Sequence record: DRR723986_8792
Length of the DNA stretch: 37,312 bases
Direction: 5' to 3' (one strand)
Each line of letters begins with the position of its first letter. The first letter of the stretch is position 1. This document shows, piece after piece, positions 37,060-37,312 of the stretch. The position numbers were made by a program, and so were the translations under genes. The notes beneath the pieces were generated by a model that did no database searches, was not told the DNA's origin, and worked only from the letters and a program-made list of their open reading frames with translations.

Positions 37060-37312
37060 GTTTTTATTCTTCCAAACAAAGTGCTTGTGTGTTCTTCCGC
37101 GCTTATTGGGGCGTGCAATCATGCCCAGCGAGATTATAGCAGCACCAATTCACCCTAGCACCGCCATCCCCACCTGGCCGTGTGACGTCCCGAAACGTTG
37201 TGGGCGCGTAGCGCTTGTACCGTCGCCGGTGCTGAGTTGCGAGAAAGCCGTCCATCACCGCTAGGGTAGTGCGGCGGTAACACACCGTAGTGCAGGCAGC
37301 TTGCCTGCATTC

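Noticed and set aside
611-37285. Numerous short or antisense ORFs in the six-frame track (e.g. 1618-2259 -, 10031-10552 +, 19380-20054 +, 22581-23261 +, 32048-32698 +, 34861-35409 -)
   Set aside because: They overlap well-supported genes on the opposite strand or frame and have no recognisable motifs. Such shadow ORFs are expected in moderately GC-rich DNA.

Overview
Gene-dense chromosomal window from a planctomycete, probably Pirellulaceae-like (inferred from a DUF1559 pilin-like gene, a Cys-rich secreted protein and typical lipoproteins). I found no rRNA, tRNA, CRISPR array, transposase or phage gene. In order: a truncated Cys-rich secreted protein; a membrane-anchored coiled-coil protein with a BRCT-like C-terminus; a Gly-rich secreted protein with its own sigma70-like promoter and terminator; an EhpF/GriC-like adenylating enzyme plus a GriD/LuxC-like reductase; a minus-strand cluster of DUF1559 pilin-like protein, 7-heme cytochrome c/TPR lipoprotein, small beta-sandwich lipoprotein and small membrane protein; a class II photolyase fused to a renalase-like flavoprotein; DUF2203; a secreted hypothetical; two giant co-oriented membrane proteins (about 1240 and 2345 aa) that appear to comprise three similar modules, with an internal signal-peptide-like segment; glcD; a MacA/MacB-like pair lacking an ATPase; a Pro/Tyr/Ser-rich secreted protein; a structured intergenic element; a GGDEF-EAL protein; and a Gfo/Idh/MocA oxidoreductase. 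The best candidates for undescribed biology are the giant membrane-protein pair, the stand-alone GriC/GriD-like pair, the photolyase-renalase fusion and the switch-like element upstream of the GGDEF-EAL gene. All family assignments come from motif recognition by eye, not from database searches.
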